DNA of 64,000 bases from Octopus bimaculoides. Lineage: Eukaryota. Below, one piece after another: positions 22,293 to 34,813 of this stretch; positions within the stretch are counted from its first letter, which is position 1; each line of letters opens with the position of its first letter. Made by a program: the position numbers and the translations under genes. The stretch lies in contig NC_068982.1 of assembly GCF_001194135.2 (NCBI RefSeq), forward strand, positions 10,069,977-10,133,976, in the 5' to 3' direction. Under the pieces are notes generated by a model, which made no database searches, was not told the DNA's origin, and worked only from the letters and a program-made list of their open reading frames with translations.

Positions 22293-24570
22293 TATTCACT
22301 TTTTTATTGTGTCTGGGGTGGGGGTCATTCTCTTTTAGTGCCTTACTAATTGAATATATTCACCGGTCTGATTTCCACTCATTTACTTATTATATTTTAC
22401 TTATATTTTCGTTGTGACTTTTTAATAGTCGTTGATTCTGTCCATTACTGGAATTGTATTCTTTTTGTTTTAGTAAAAGATAATAAGTAAATGAGTGGAA
22501 ATCAGACCAGTGAGTGTATTAAATTAATAAGGTACTAAAAGAGAATGACTCTCCAGACAAAATAAAATATGCTTCAACACACGAATTCACATAAAGAATC
22601 TTGTAAACCAAATAGAAAAACGACATACATTCACTGCACCTTGTGTGTGTGTATATGTTTATGTGTCTCTGTTTGACAACCGATGTCAGTGTGTTTACAT
22701 TCCCCGTGACTTAGCGGTTTGGCAAAAGGAACTGATAGAATAAGTACTAGGCTTACACAGAATAAGTCCTGGGGTTGATTTGCTCAACTAAAGGCAGTGC
22801 TCCTGCATGGCCACAGTCAAATGACTGAAACAAGTAAAAGAATAAAATTATATAGATATATGTATGTATGTATGTATGTATGTATATGATCATTTTGAAT
22901 TAGCTACATTTTTGGAAAACATATACAGTTTTATTGCTATATCAATGGAATGCAACTATATTTTACCAATATTCAGACTTTTCAAAATTTAAATTAATTG
23001 AAATACATCAGAGAACACAGACAAAATATATCATGAAATTAATAATAATTTCCAACATAAAGAGATTGTAAAATAGCTATGGCTGATTGAAATGTCGTTA
23101 ACGCTTTATTAAATCATACCCAAATGTCTAAAGAAACCAAGGAATGAAGAATTTGGTCATGTAGTTCCATCATACAGGAAGATGGAATTTCTGTGGTTGT
23201 AAAGTTTCCAACTATAAATCTGCTTCAGCATGAAGTAAGCATTAAATATTCATTTCGAATTTTGGCACAAGGCCAGCAATTTTGAGTAATGGAGGTAAGT
23301 TGATTACATCAACCCCAATACTCAAGTGGTGCTTATTTTGCCTACACCAAAAAGATGAAAGACAAAGTCAACCTCAGCCAAATTTGAACTCACAAGGCAC
23401 TGAATTGAACTCACAAGAACTCTGAAGGCACAAATTCGAACTCATTCTCAGACCGACCAAAGCCTTGTGAGTGGATTTGGTAGACAGAAACTGAAAGAAG
23501 CCCCTCCTATATATGTATATATATCTGTGTGTTTGTCTGTTTGTGTGTCTTTTGTGTCTGTGTTTGTTCTTCACCATCGCTTCACAAATTGTGTTGGTTT
23601 GTTTACATCCCCATAACTTAACAGTTAGGCAAAAGGGACTAATAAAACAAGTACCAGGTTTTAAAAAATAGCAAGTACTGAAGTTGATTCATTGCCCCAG
23701 CATGGCCACAGTCTAATGACTGAAACAAATAAAAATAAATAAAAGTTCCTATGTTTGAGATTTGGTTCCTACCAGCAGAACGGTTATTCATCTGAAGTAT
23801 CATCAAACATACGCAGGAAAGATCAATAAACCGTTTTGGATATTTCTATTTTCTTCCTGCCTTTGTAACAGAAGACAGGATAATAGGATAACCCTGTCCA
23901 CATTATATTTTTTAGGGCCTCCATGGCTGATAGGAAGTTACCCTTAGACCAAAGATGAGTCTGAATTCTTACAACAAACTAGATTTCACTAAAAGCATTT
24001 AAGGGCTGGACATTGGTGTTAAATTGGGTGAAAGATTGAGTTTACCATCCAAGATCAGGAATGTTCCTTTCAACAGGCTTCCAAAGTTTCTGTACATCCA
24101 ATTCTCACTGACCAGGCTTCGATCAGCTTAAGGCTAAGTGGGGGATACTTGCCCAAAGTGTTGTGCAGGGAGACAACTCCAAATGCCAGACTTGTAAAAA
24201 CAATTTCTGAACCCAATATCCAAATCTGTATGTGTAGCTATAAAATAAAAATGGTTTGGTTGTTATATCATAAATAAAAAGGAAGACATGTAGTCTTTAG
24301 TAGAAATTAACCTAACCATACATTATTCCAATCCATCATATATCTTTTTGGTATCATTCATTTCAGTTAACTACTTGTAAAGGCATGAACCTATGCTGGA
24401 TAAAAAGATGCCAGCTATGTGTTAGTAGTGGAAGTAAAACAGCTTCAGCAGGTATGATAAAATCTATATTTTATTGATGAGATAAACATTGCCAGAACTG
24501 CTCAAGAAATCATTTCTTGTAGAAGGAATGATAAAAATAAGGATGCTCTTACTTTGAGATGAAACCAGAA

Positions 24571-25060
24571 CAGTGTATCCAGCTCAGCTCTGCTGCGTGA
24601 CTTTTAGAGACCCCATCCCTTCAATCAAAATTCATAATCTACGCACCTTTTATTCATAGCTATATTTTATTTTATTCTATCTGAAGTTCAATGTTTCACA
24701 TTATCCTAAAGAATATCTTTAAAAGTACAACAAGTTCAATTTATTTAGGTCTATTACAAATTTCAATAAGTAAAACTTCCAGACATGAATAAAAGAGCAT
24801 TTTTATAATCCAGGAAACTTTCAAAGACAAACATGGCACACTTTTCGCTTCATGAAATTGCCGATCAGTTCTGAATAATCAAGCTGATAGCTAAGTTCAC
24901 GTTCAATAGATATCATAGACAATTCCACAAAGTTTGGTACATGTTTGTGGCACAATGTAATATCTTTACAAGAACTTTTGCAGGTACAATGTATTACCAT
25001 TTTATTTCTTGAAATTTTCAGCTAACATAAATAGTTTAGTTAAGATGTTGAAAAAGAATT
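24571..25060 (-). mobile_element. hAT transposon 3' end with dimerisation-domain remnant
   Basis: Minus-strand translation gives SFS...NYL and ELSMISIERELSYQLDYSELIGNFMKRKV (24821-24925). TIR-like cagtgtatccag at 24571. Confidence 0.6.
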
Positions 25061-27244
25061 AAAGTAAATAGATGACTCATCTATGTACTTTGATCTTAAC
25101 ATGGGGTCCCTCGACCACGGAGGACCCCTGCAATCCCCTGTGACCGCAGGGACTTAGCGATGGCCCAGATCCAGCTTCTCTTTGCAAGGATCAGCTGGAC
25201 TCATTGGTTGTACCTACATGTGTACACTACTCCAACCTCTTGCCAGAAACTACTGTCCCTCAGAGATCCCTTCCACCCACACATTTGTTCCCCTCAACGT
25301 CCTGATGAGGAAAGGGTTGTTCAAATGCCTTGCTCCTTGATGTGACATCAGTTCCCCTCCTTTCTGGCCCCTGATCTCACTCTTCCTCCTCCACTTCGAA
25401 GCAGCCTCTCTCTTCACATTTCTCTTAACATTTCTAGTTTTCTACAACTAATTAACAATTTTATACACGTTGTAATTATTCTTCCTTCTGTGTTTCATTA
25501 ACAAGGTCACAACACTGAAACAATGTCTAAGGTTGTCTCCTGTATTAACGAAATCAATAAAAAAAATATTCGATGACATATTGTTTTCCTCCTCACAATA
25601 TAATCCTTTCCAATTCATTTTTGAACCATTAACATAGCTGTTGGTAGAATATAGGTGAGACTGGAGAATATTAGGATTCACAGAGGAATCATTCAGGTAA
25701 CACAGTGCGTATAAAGATGCACTGCAGATCTAACCAATCTATGCCGGCAGCATGGAAACATTTAACGCAGTAATGATGATGATGATGGTGACGCTGCTGT
25801 TGATGATGATGATGATGATGAAGGTGATGGTGGTGGTGACAGCAAAAACAAAAGTGGTGGTAATGATGATACCGATAATAATTGCAGGCAAAATAAAGAT
25901 GCTTGCCAATTAGACAACGTGAAGAGGACTATACAATTAGTGATAAGTTGAATCAGTTGAAAAACATGGATGTGGCTGCTGAGAAGAAACGTTTTACCAT
26001 TCTGGCAAGAAACAGATACAAAGAACAGCAGCAAAAGGCAACATTCTACACTTTGTTGCACATCTTGTTGATTTTAGCTTTTCCCATTGATTTACAAGTT
26101 GTTGTTGTTGTTGTTGTTGTTGTTTGTAGTGGCTTAGGTACTTATTTTGTTTGTCTATTAATCATGGTTGTATTTTTTTTATACTGCTATTTTGTTTTTG
26201 TTGTTGCTGCTCATGGTCGTGAATTGTGCTTTGTTTTTTTTTTCTTTTTTCCTTTGTCACATTGTTTTGTTAACTGTTGTTGCTGTCATATTTGTAATTA
26301 GATTTGATAAGAAATAAGTCTTCGATATATACACATACCTACATGCACACACGTTTTTATATATATATATATATATATATCCACATATACACACGTGTAT
26401 TTTTGTGCATGGATGTATTCATGTATGTGCACACACACACACACATAAACGCACATGCACACACATATAAGGCTGCATAGGTTTTCTTTCTAATAAGCAA
26501 AAGAAATTTGATTTTTCATTGGTCAATCTAATGGAAACAAATGGAAACAAATTTATAATGATGCAACAATTTCTTTTGACGAGGTACAAGAACAATTTCT
26601 TAAGTGCCATGAATCAAAAAAGACAATCAAAAACTCCAGTCTATTGCCTTTCAATATCTTGTGTTTAATTTCTTATCCTGAGTGATACAAGACAAGAAAT
26701 TTGTAGGAATTCACAATGCCGAAACTGAATTTCCATTTCACAGAGCTTCAGCTGGGGAACTTGATCTGCAGAAAGTAGCAGCCAACTCTCCCTTAAATAA
26801 CACCTGAACATTTTAGATAAAGGAAACATTTAGTCGAGGATTTACCATTTGTGCAACTCTACCAACTTAGACCCTTTATAATAAAGGAATATAAAATATG
26901 GGGGATTAGTTCACAGGTGATCCAAATGACTAGGTACGCTGGGTAAGTGCTGTAATGGATTACTAGGGCTCCAAGGTTGTAACCGAGATGGGAGTTATGG
27001 AACCATTATAGATTTCTAATATAGCAGATATATAATTGTTAAAGAGGACAACAAATGTTAAAGCAAGGCAGATATCTCAAGTCTTATATGTTATTATTAT
27101 TGGAAAAATTCAAAGTCTTACAGCTGTTTCTGGGATATCCCAAAGTTTGAGATATTCCGTCATCAGAAACAAATAGGGAAAATGAGAAGGGTATAAATTA
27201 ATGAAACGATGACACAGAGGACAGAAGAAAGGGGATAAGGATAT

Positions 27245-27315
27245 GAAGAAAAAGAAGAGAAGAAAAAGAAGAGAAGAAAAAGAAGAGAAGAAAAAGAAGA
27301 GAAGAAAAAGAAAAG
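27245..27315. repeat. 14-bp purine minisatellite (AAGAGAAGAAAAAG)n
   Basis: About 4-5 units by direct observation. Confidence 0.85.
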
Positions 27316-27729
27316 ATTCCAATAATAATAGCGTACATGACTTGAGATGTTTGTCTTGTCTTAATATTTGTTGTCCTCTTTAACAATTGTAATATAAAAA
27401 TATCCGCACATTTCACATACTGAGCCAAAAAATAATTGAAATTTTATCCTTAGTGATAAAAAAAGTACATTTTTTAAATGGCTGATTAACAAAAAGTTTA
27501 TACAAGGAACACACAATTCAGAAATTTGAATTGAGGGTAACAAGATATATTATGCGGTTATGAATGAATTTGTTCAATAGCATAGAGTGACAATTCCAAA
27601 CATGTTTCAGTCATATTAAACCTCCTCAGTGAAACACAGTGTAGTTACTATGGCAGATGTCAGCTGAGGAAAGAAATATCGAGGATCTGTGCAAATGACC
27701 ACTGAGGAATACTATATAATAAAAGAATG

Positions 27730-28255
27730 AAGCATGATTTTTGAGCTTTGAGCTTCAGGGAGGTAATGACTAGTGACTGAGGCCTTTGGCAATATGTTGT
27801 GCTTGTGAAGACCCATCAAGCCAAGTGACATCATAGTCATGGCTGAAGCTGGTGTCACATAACTGGCACTCATGTTAGTGGCATATAAAGAGCATCTTTT
27901 GAGCAAATACTGTGAGCTTATCATTACACTATTTCAATTTGTAGGAGGAAAAGTGGCTGAGTTCCTTTTGAGTGTTGGGCCTCACGGAGGCAATGACTGA
28001 GACTTTGGCATAATGTCGTGCTTGAGAAGAAGACCCAGCAAGCTGAGCAAAATCGCAGTTGTGGCAAATACTGGCATCACGCAAACAGCACCCATTACAC
28101 TCTTGGAGTGGTTGGCATTAGGAAGAGCATCCAGCCGTAGAAAACCATGCCAAATCAGACTGGAGTCTGGTGCAGCCTTCCAGCTTACCAGCCCTGGTCA
28201 AACCATCCAACCCATGCCAGCATGGACAACAGATGCTAAATGATGATGATGAATG
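27730..28255 (+). mobile_element. Two consecutive RTE LINE 3' ends
   Basis: MKHDF*ALSFREVMTSD*GLWQYVVLVKTHQAK*, then a second ttgggcctcacggaggcaatgac...agaagacc followed by the UTR and (GAT)n. Confidence 0.8.
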
Positions 28256-30311
28256 ATTGGTAAAGATTTATTCAAGGATAACTGTTGTCTGAAAAAACTA
28301 ATATTAAAATGAACAATGATATAATGTGGTAATCTAAGAAATATTGGTTTTAAATTTTGGCACAAGGCCAGTGATTTCTGAGGAATTGGTAGGTTGATTA
28401 CATTGACCCCTGTGTTCAGCTGGTGCTTATCTTATCGACCCTGAAAAGATAAAAGGTTAAGCAGGCAGGATCGACTTGGTCTTTCATCTAAGAAGTGTTA
28501 ATTATCTACAAGTATGGCCTTCATAAAAAAAAAAGAAGCATGTTATAAATCACTGATTTTGGTTAAAAACAAAAAATAGTCAAAGGAGAAAACCAAAATT
28601 TTAATTAATTAAATTAAATAGAGTAAGGAGTATAAATTTATAAAATCAATGCATAAGGAACATGTTCACTTTTCCTCTGTGATAATATAGAAAAATTAAA
28701 TTTATTTCACCATATTACCGACATTAATTGTTTTAAATAGTGATTGATTAAGGGTTAAAAGATTTCAGAGATAGTTTGAACTCAAAACAATGAAGCTTTG
28801 AATATTGGAGATAATTAAATTTTGCTCTGTGGTGTCTCTATTTCAAATATATGAGACAAAGAAAGAGTCAATCTGTGGTCATCTAATCTGCTAGAAATAG
28901 CCAATTCTCTCTCTAATCACATCCTAGTTTTTTTTTAAGAAAAGACACAATAACGAGTGCATCGTTTCTTGGAAATAAGTTGGGATAGCACTAACTGATA
29001 TGTCTTCAACTATAGATCTACTGAATCAGATGTGCCCTAAGGGCCATGCAACAATATCAACAAATATTTCAGACTGTGAGGTTATTGCAGTTTTTGATTA
29101 CTGTACTCTTGTTAATTTTTGTTCTGCTTGGTAAACCCTACAGGTGCTGGTGCTGTGTAAAAGACATCCATGTTGGTACTACTTAAGAAAGCCCCCATGC
29201 TGTTACCACAAAGAAGGAACCCATGTTGTTGTCATTATAAAGTCCTTGTACTGGCACCACATATACCCATGTTGGCACCATGTAAAAAGAAGCCAGTACA
29301 GTCTGTAAAGTGGTTAGTGTTAGGAAGGGCATCCAGCTGTAGAAACCATGCTAAAAGAGACAACTAGAGTCAGGTGCAGCCCTCTGGCTTGCCAGCTCCT
29401 GTCAAACCCATATCAGCCGGAAAAAAGACATAAATGATGACAACAACGGTGATGGTGGTGGTGGTGGTGGTGGTGGTCTGCACATTGAACCATCCGTGGA
29501 TATTTCAGTAGCACATCAGATTTTCCTTTACGAAGGGTTGCTTGCCATCTTGCTCAACCCACCTGCTGTGAGGGCTTCTTTTCATGATATAACATAACCA
29601 ATTTAAGAGAAATAGGGAAAACAGGCATGCAGGGAAAGAAACAGAGGAGGAGGGAGAGGAAGAGGAAGAGTGATCAGAGAAAAAAGACAAACCAGGAAGG
29701 AGCAAAGAATTTAACCAGTAAATGACTGGTACTTTGACACAATAAGGATGAAAATCAAAATTGACTATGGCATGGGTTGAACTCATCATAGAGAGCTAGA
29801 CCAAATACTCTAAGGTATTCACAATAGTCTAAGCTGTAACAATTCTATCAATCTTCCATCTTTGAGCACTTTTGTGGTGATATAGAAATTATCTAAACCA
29901 AGAATTTACAAGTCTGCAGTAATGGAAAATATATAAAACAAGCGTGAAATTGTCAGTAAATAATATGATAACCATTATAACTTTTAACTAAAGCAAAAAG
30001 AATAACCGTAAAAAATATATCAAATAATATAGTTAATCTCCTGAAAAACAGAGAGAAAAACACATTTTTCTTATTAAATGGTTTCTTTTTCTATGTTTTA
30101 TGTCTTACATTTGCAAGTAATAAAATACAAATTGAAATAGTGTAATGATAAGCTCACAGTATTTGTTTCTTGGCTAAAACAATTCATGCAACTAATTCCG
30201 ACTTGCAATTTCTAATGTGAATCAATAGATCAGGAAGTTTTGGCTGCAGCAAGTCTGACCTTCTCTTACCATTTCATTGAGTCTTTGGTGACTCAATATT
30301 TTATTCAATGA

Positions 30312-30532
30312 AGGCAACGAGCTGGCAAAAATGTTAGCACACCGGGCAAAAGGCTTAGCGGTATTTCATCTGTCTATAGATTTAGTTCAAATTCCGCCAT
30401 GGTTGACTTTGCCTTTCATCCTTTCGGGGTCAATAAATTAAATACCAGTTGCATACTGGGGTAGATCTAATCGACTGCCCCCCGCCCACCATCCATCAAA
30501 ATTTCAGGTTTTGTGCTTAGAGTAGAAAAGAA
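30312..30532 (+). mobile_element. Family B SINE with tail type 2
   Basis: aaggcaacgagctggc...gatctaatcgactgccccc...ttgtgcttagagtagaaaagaat. Confidence 0.85.
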
Positions 30533-30813
30533 TATTTTATTAAATGCTTTAAAGCAAACAGTTTTCTCCAATTGTTGTTTTTTTTAATGGTTTGTTCTGG
30601 AGGTAGGGCTACATCCGTGACCTTCATAGACATTACCAGGTCAATGATATTGGTTTCAAATTTTGGCTCTAAGCCAGGAATTTTGGGAAAGGAGACTAGT
30701 CAATTACATTGACACCCACCCGTACTCAACTGGTACTTATTTTATCAACCTCAAAAGCATGAAAGGCTAAGTCAGCCTAGGTGCAACTTGAACTCAGAGC
30801 ACAAAGACAGGAT

Positions 30814-31326
30814 AATTGCACATTATTATTTACATTATTTACATTCGACAGATATTTGTCCTTATCTTGTTTGTTGTCAACGCAACATTTTGGCTGATAT
30901 ACCCTCCAGCCTTCATCAGGTGTCTTGGGGAAATTTCAAACCCGGGTTCTCATTCCTAAGGTATTTTTTGATATTATTATTACTATGCCCACGGGCATAT
31001 GGCATAGTGGTTCAGAGCGTGGGCTACTAACCCCAAGATTCCGAGTTCAATTCCAAGCAGTGACCTGAACACTAATAATAATAATAATAACATCGAAAAA
31101 AATACCTTAGGAATGAGAACCCAGGTTTGAAATTTCCCCAAAACACCTGATGAAGGTTGGAAGGTATATCAGCCAAAACGTTGTGTTAACAACAAACAAG
31201 ATGAGGACAAGTATCTGTCAAATGTAAATAATTTACAGTATTCCTCATCTCTTAAATATAGAACAATAATAATAACATCGAAAAATACCTTAGGAATGAG
31301 AACCCGGGTTCAAAATTTCCCCAAGT
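30814..31326. mobile_element. Family D inverted pair 2: minus body 30814-30990, full plus copy 30991-31264 with tRNA head, plus a partial extra copy
   Basis: Junction palindrome TATGCCC-AC-GGGCATA (30984-30999). A box tggcatagtgg, B box gagttcaattcc. The hammerhead-like motif at 31142-31187 has G12 mutated to A. Confidence 0.9.
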
Positions 31327-31449
31327 CAAAGAATTTGGACCAAGATAGAAAAGAGTGCAATTAAGGAAGAGTTAGAAAGGCATTGTAAGTAGTAATATGA
31401 AATATCAAACAGTCTGGCTGATATAGATGATATGTAAACAGTAGGAGAA

Positions 31450-31750
31450 GAGTTAAATGGTAACAGCACAGGAAAATGGTAAAAACAGAGCTAAACGGTA
31501 AAAAAGACTGTTAAATGCCATAATGTTAAATTTACCAAAATGCTGAATGGTAAAATGCAATCAAATGATGAAAGGTACAGCTAAACAATAAAGTCTAGAT
31601 GGAGGCAAAAATTAGAGCTAAATAGTCAAGGACACAGTTGAATATTAAAACATTTAAATAAATTATAAAACAAAATCTAAATGGTTGTACCACAGCTAAT
31701 TGTAAAATGTACAGCTAAATTGTAAAAAAAGAAAAAAAGATTAGCTTAAT
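31450..31750 (+). repeat. Degenerate ~18-20 bp A-rich minisatellite (ACAGCTAAAT(G/T)GTAAAA-like)
   Basis: Recurring agagctaaacggtaaaa, tacagctaaacaataaa, cacagctaattgtaaaa, tacagctaaattgtaaaa. Confidence 0.6.
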
Positions 31751-32158
31751 GGAAGTGTAATTTTCTTGTTTTATTCTTTGCCTTATGGATCGCATTGCTT
31801 TACAGCATCATTTGGCAATGCTACAGATGTAAATTTTGGCATTAGAGCAATTGTATATTTACACAACTTATGCTGTATATGCCAATTCTGAAGATGTCAT
31901 TCATTTCTATTGGCCATATTTCCTTATAGTCTAAGAACTTGAAAAATATGTTCCCAAAATTAACACAGCACAGTAATTTGACTTTTCAATAAGCATGTTG
32001 GCATCTTTCAATGAAGAACTTTTGATGGCTTGTGTATCTGAAGATGTTTATTTTATTTTTTATGGCATAATATGTGAATAATAACAACACTGGTTACAGG
32101 TTCCAACAGACTAATTTGTAAGGCACTGCATTTCTGATAATCAGAGTATTTGTAAATT

Positions 32159-32507
32159 GGCGCAGGAGTGGCTGTGTGGTAAGTAGCTTGCTTCCCAACC
32201 ACATGGTTCTGGGTTAAGTCCCACTGCAAGGCACCTTGGGCAAGTGTCTTCTACTATAGCTTCGGGCCAACCAAAGCCTTGTGAGTGGATTTGGTAGACG
32301 GAAACTGAAAGAAGACACAAAGACACATGTGCACCCCACCTCCACACTCACATATGATGGGCTTCTTTCAGTTTCTGTCTACTAAATCCACTCACAAGTT
32401 TTTGGTTGGCCCGAGGCTATAGTATAAGACACTTGCCCAAGGTGCAATGCAGTGGGAGTGAACCTGAAACTATGTGGCTGGGAAGCTAGCCACTTACCAC
32501 ACAACCA
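32159..32507. mobile_element. Inverted pair of family A 5' halves (32159-32315 +, 32355-32507 -)
   Basis: Both copies end at gaaactgaaagaag and are separated by about 40 bp. Confidence 0.85.
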
Positions 32508-32889
32508 TATTAACATGAGAGCTTCTTTCCACGCAGCTACACATGCCCCCTATAGAGCCACACCTGCTTTATAGGCACAGTAGTATTCTTACTTCAATCA
32601 ACCCTAAAGGGATAAGAGGCAAATGTAACCTTGCAAGGATGTACTCACAGGAAGTTAAAACAAATACCACAAGGCATTCTATCCAGCATACTAATGACAT
32701 TGCTAACTTAATATAAATTTGAGTGATGTTTCTCTGTCCATTACATTTTTATGTTCGTTAACTCCTCCAAGACTATTGGTGCAAGGACAATGAAATTCAA
32801 ACCAGCAACTCCCCTAATCCCAGGGAATGTCTTAAGGGAGTCTATTTTCTTTTAAGGGCCACCTAATTGGGGTGCCAACTGACCCCACT

Positions 32890-33090
32890 AGTTTTACTGC
32901 ATTTACCTTGACCCTATGCTTATTGACTAAACCCTGATCAGCATCAGTGCTTAGCATATTTGCAGAAATAAGCTCCATTACACAATGGTAGAGGGCCACA
33001 AAGCAGCTCAATAGTAGGGCTGAAGGCCTCAAAGTTGCCCTCTGAAGGAGCTAGCTTGAATGCCACCTGAAGGGCGGCTTCAAGGCTAGT
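32890..33090 (+). repeat. Unclassified dispersed repeat; inverted copy at 43665-43865
   Basis: ctgatcagcatcagtgcttagcatatttgcagaaataag...attacaca...gggctgaa...ttgaatgccacc...ggcttcaagg matches the reverse complement of 43665-43865. Confidence 0.75.
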
Positions 33091-33859
33091 ATATTAAAAG
33101 ACCCCATGCTGGTTCCACACAAAACCCACCAGACAAATGATAGAAACGATAAAAGATAAAAGATGAAAGAACACAAAAATAAAACATCGGATTCCGGAAA
33201 AGTTAGTTGAGAAAAAAAAATTGGATGAAAAAAATGATGGTGAATTGATTTACCACAAGGAGTGAAAAATGCAATTCTTCAGACTCTTGAACTCCTTCAG
33301 AGAGGAAAACTCATTCAGGCTAATTGCAACTGGTTTTCAGAGAACTGAATAAGACAAGAAAAAGTGAAAGTGTAATGTTGAGAAATAGATGAGGAGAGAG
33401 AGAGAGAGAGAGAGAGAGAGGCAGGAACGACTATGAGTAGTGAGGTAGAAGTGTGATGTGGGAGGAAGAAAGTGAAGCTGGGGAAATGGTAAAAGGATGC
33501 AGGAAGATAGCAAGAACCAGATCATGTGGATTGAGCAAGCAAAGCAGCAAATGAAAGAATTTCAGTATAAAACAGCCTGAAACATACAAAATCCGAGAAA
33601 GAAGAGAAAGAGAGAAATAATCAATTTTGACAAACAGTGGAAGAAGAAAGACAAAAAACTTTCTTCTAGAAACAGAATTTAGAGAAGATTATTGGATGAT
33701 AACTTGATCCCCCCACCCCCACCTTATTTTCAAATCATTTTAATTTTTAATATCAAGTTCAGTATTTTATTGTGGTATTTTAAAACGACCTCTATATATG
33801 AAATCATTCTGGTAACAATACACTTACCAAAAATCTAGAATCCAAGTTAGATGGAACTT

Positions 33860-34039
33860 ACAGTTCTATATTTAAGAGATGAGGAATTATGTACATTATT
33901 TCCATTTGACGGATATTTGTCCTCATCTTGTTTGTTGTTAATACAACACTTTGGCTGATATACCCTCCAGGCTTCATCAGGTGACTTGGGGAAATTTCGA
34001 ACCTGGGTTCTCATTATTATTATTATTATTCAGGTCACT
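33860..34039 (-). mobile_element. Family D body, single copy
   Basis: gttctatatttaagagatgagg...ggctgatataccctccaggcttcatcagg...ttattcaggtcact. Confidence 0.85.
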
Positions 34040-34418
34040 TTTGCCAAACTGCTAAGTTACGGGGATGTAAACACACTAATATCGGTTGTCAAGCAATGTT
34101 GGGGAGACAAACACAGACACACAAATACATACATACATATATATATATACATGACAGGCTTCTTTCAGTTTCTGTCTACCAAATCTACGCACAAGGCTTT
34201 GGTCGGCCAAAAGCTATAGTAAAAGACACTTACCCAGGGTGGTGCCACGCTGGAGGACTGAACCCGGGATCATGTGGTTGGGAAGCAAGCTACTTACTAC
34301 ACAACCAATCCAGACATTACTGCTATGATACAATGATTTTAAGATAAGTACTTAACACACAAATTAGTTAACAACTGATGTCATTTGTACTTTAAGAAAG
34401 TGGTTATACACCATTAGG

Positions 34419-34813
34419 TGTATACCCGCTTCGGTACATTAAATTTCTTGAAGAAACAACGGAACGCAGATTCTGAACTATCAACACAACAATATTTATT
34501 TACAGAGGAAATAGGCAGCACTTCGCCCTTTGGTTTCTGAGACGCCGTCAATGATGTTGAGTGGTTATTTGTCTAGCTCCAGAGTTGGAATGTTGGAAAG
34601 AGCTGTCTCCAGAGTTGGAATGCTGGAGACAGACTGCTTGTACGTCTGAGCTCTCCGCCGGCCAGCGAGAAAAGAGAATGAATAAGGGCGCGAAACTTGG
34701 ATGTCGAATGACCACGCATGCGTACGAGACTCTTCCTGTATTCCTTCCGGAACTAGTCCCTGCGCATGCATGGATAAGCTTTCCGGAACGTCTGCTATTA
34801 AGGCGTCACTACA
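34419..34813 (-). mobile_element. LTR-like segment (TGTA...TACA), CpG-rich
   Basis: TG...CA termini, minus-strand AATAAA near its 3' end, an internal 30-bp-spaced duplication ctccagagttggaatg, and many intact CpGs. No matching TSD. Confidence 0.5.

Noticed and set aside
24367-24451. 85-nt candidate exon (tttcag|...CAG|gtatga, frame LTTCKGMNLCWIKRCQLC...)
   Set aside because: There is no recognisable homology or partner exon, and such matches are expected by chance in 64 kb.
25290-25330. CTGATGA at ~25301 and at ~48655 as further hammerheads
   Set aside because: Neither is followed by a stem II and a correctly placed GAAA.
30993-31065. tRNA gene candidates (heads of families A, B, D and F)
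   Set aside because: A and B boxes are present, but there is no acceptor stem or oligo-T terminator and the sequence continues into SINE bodies.
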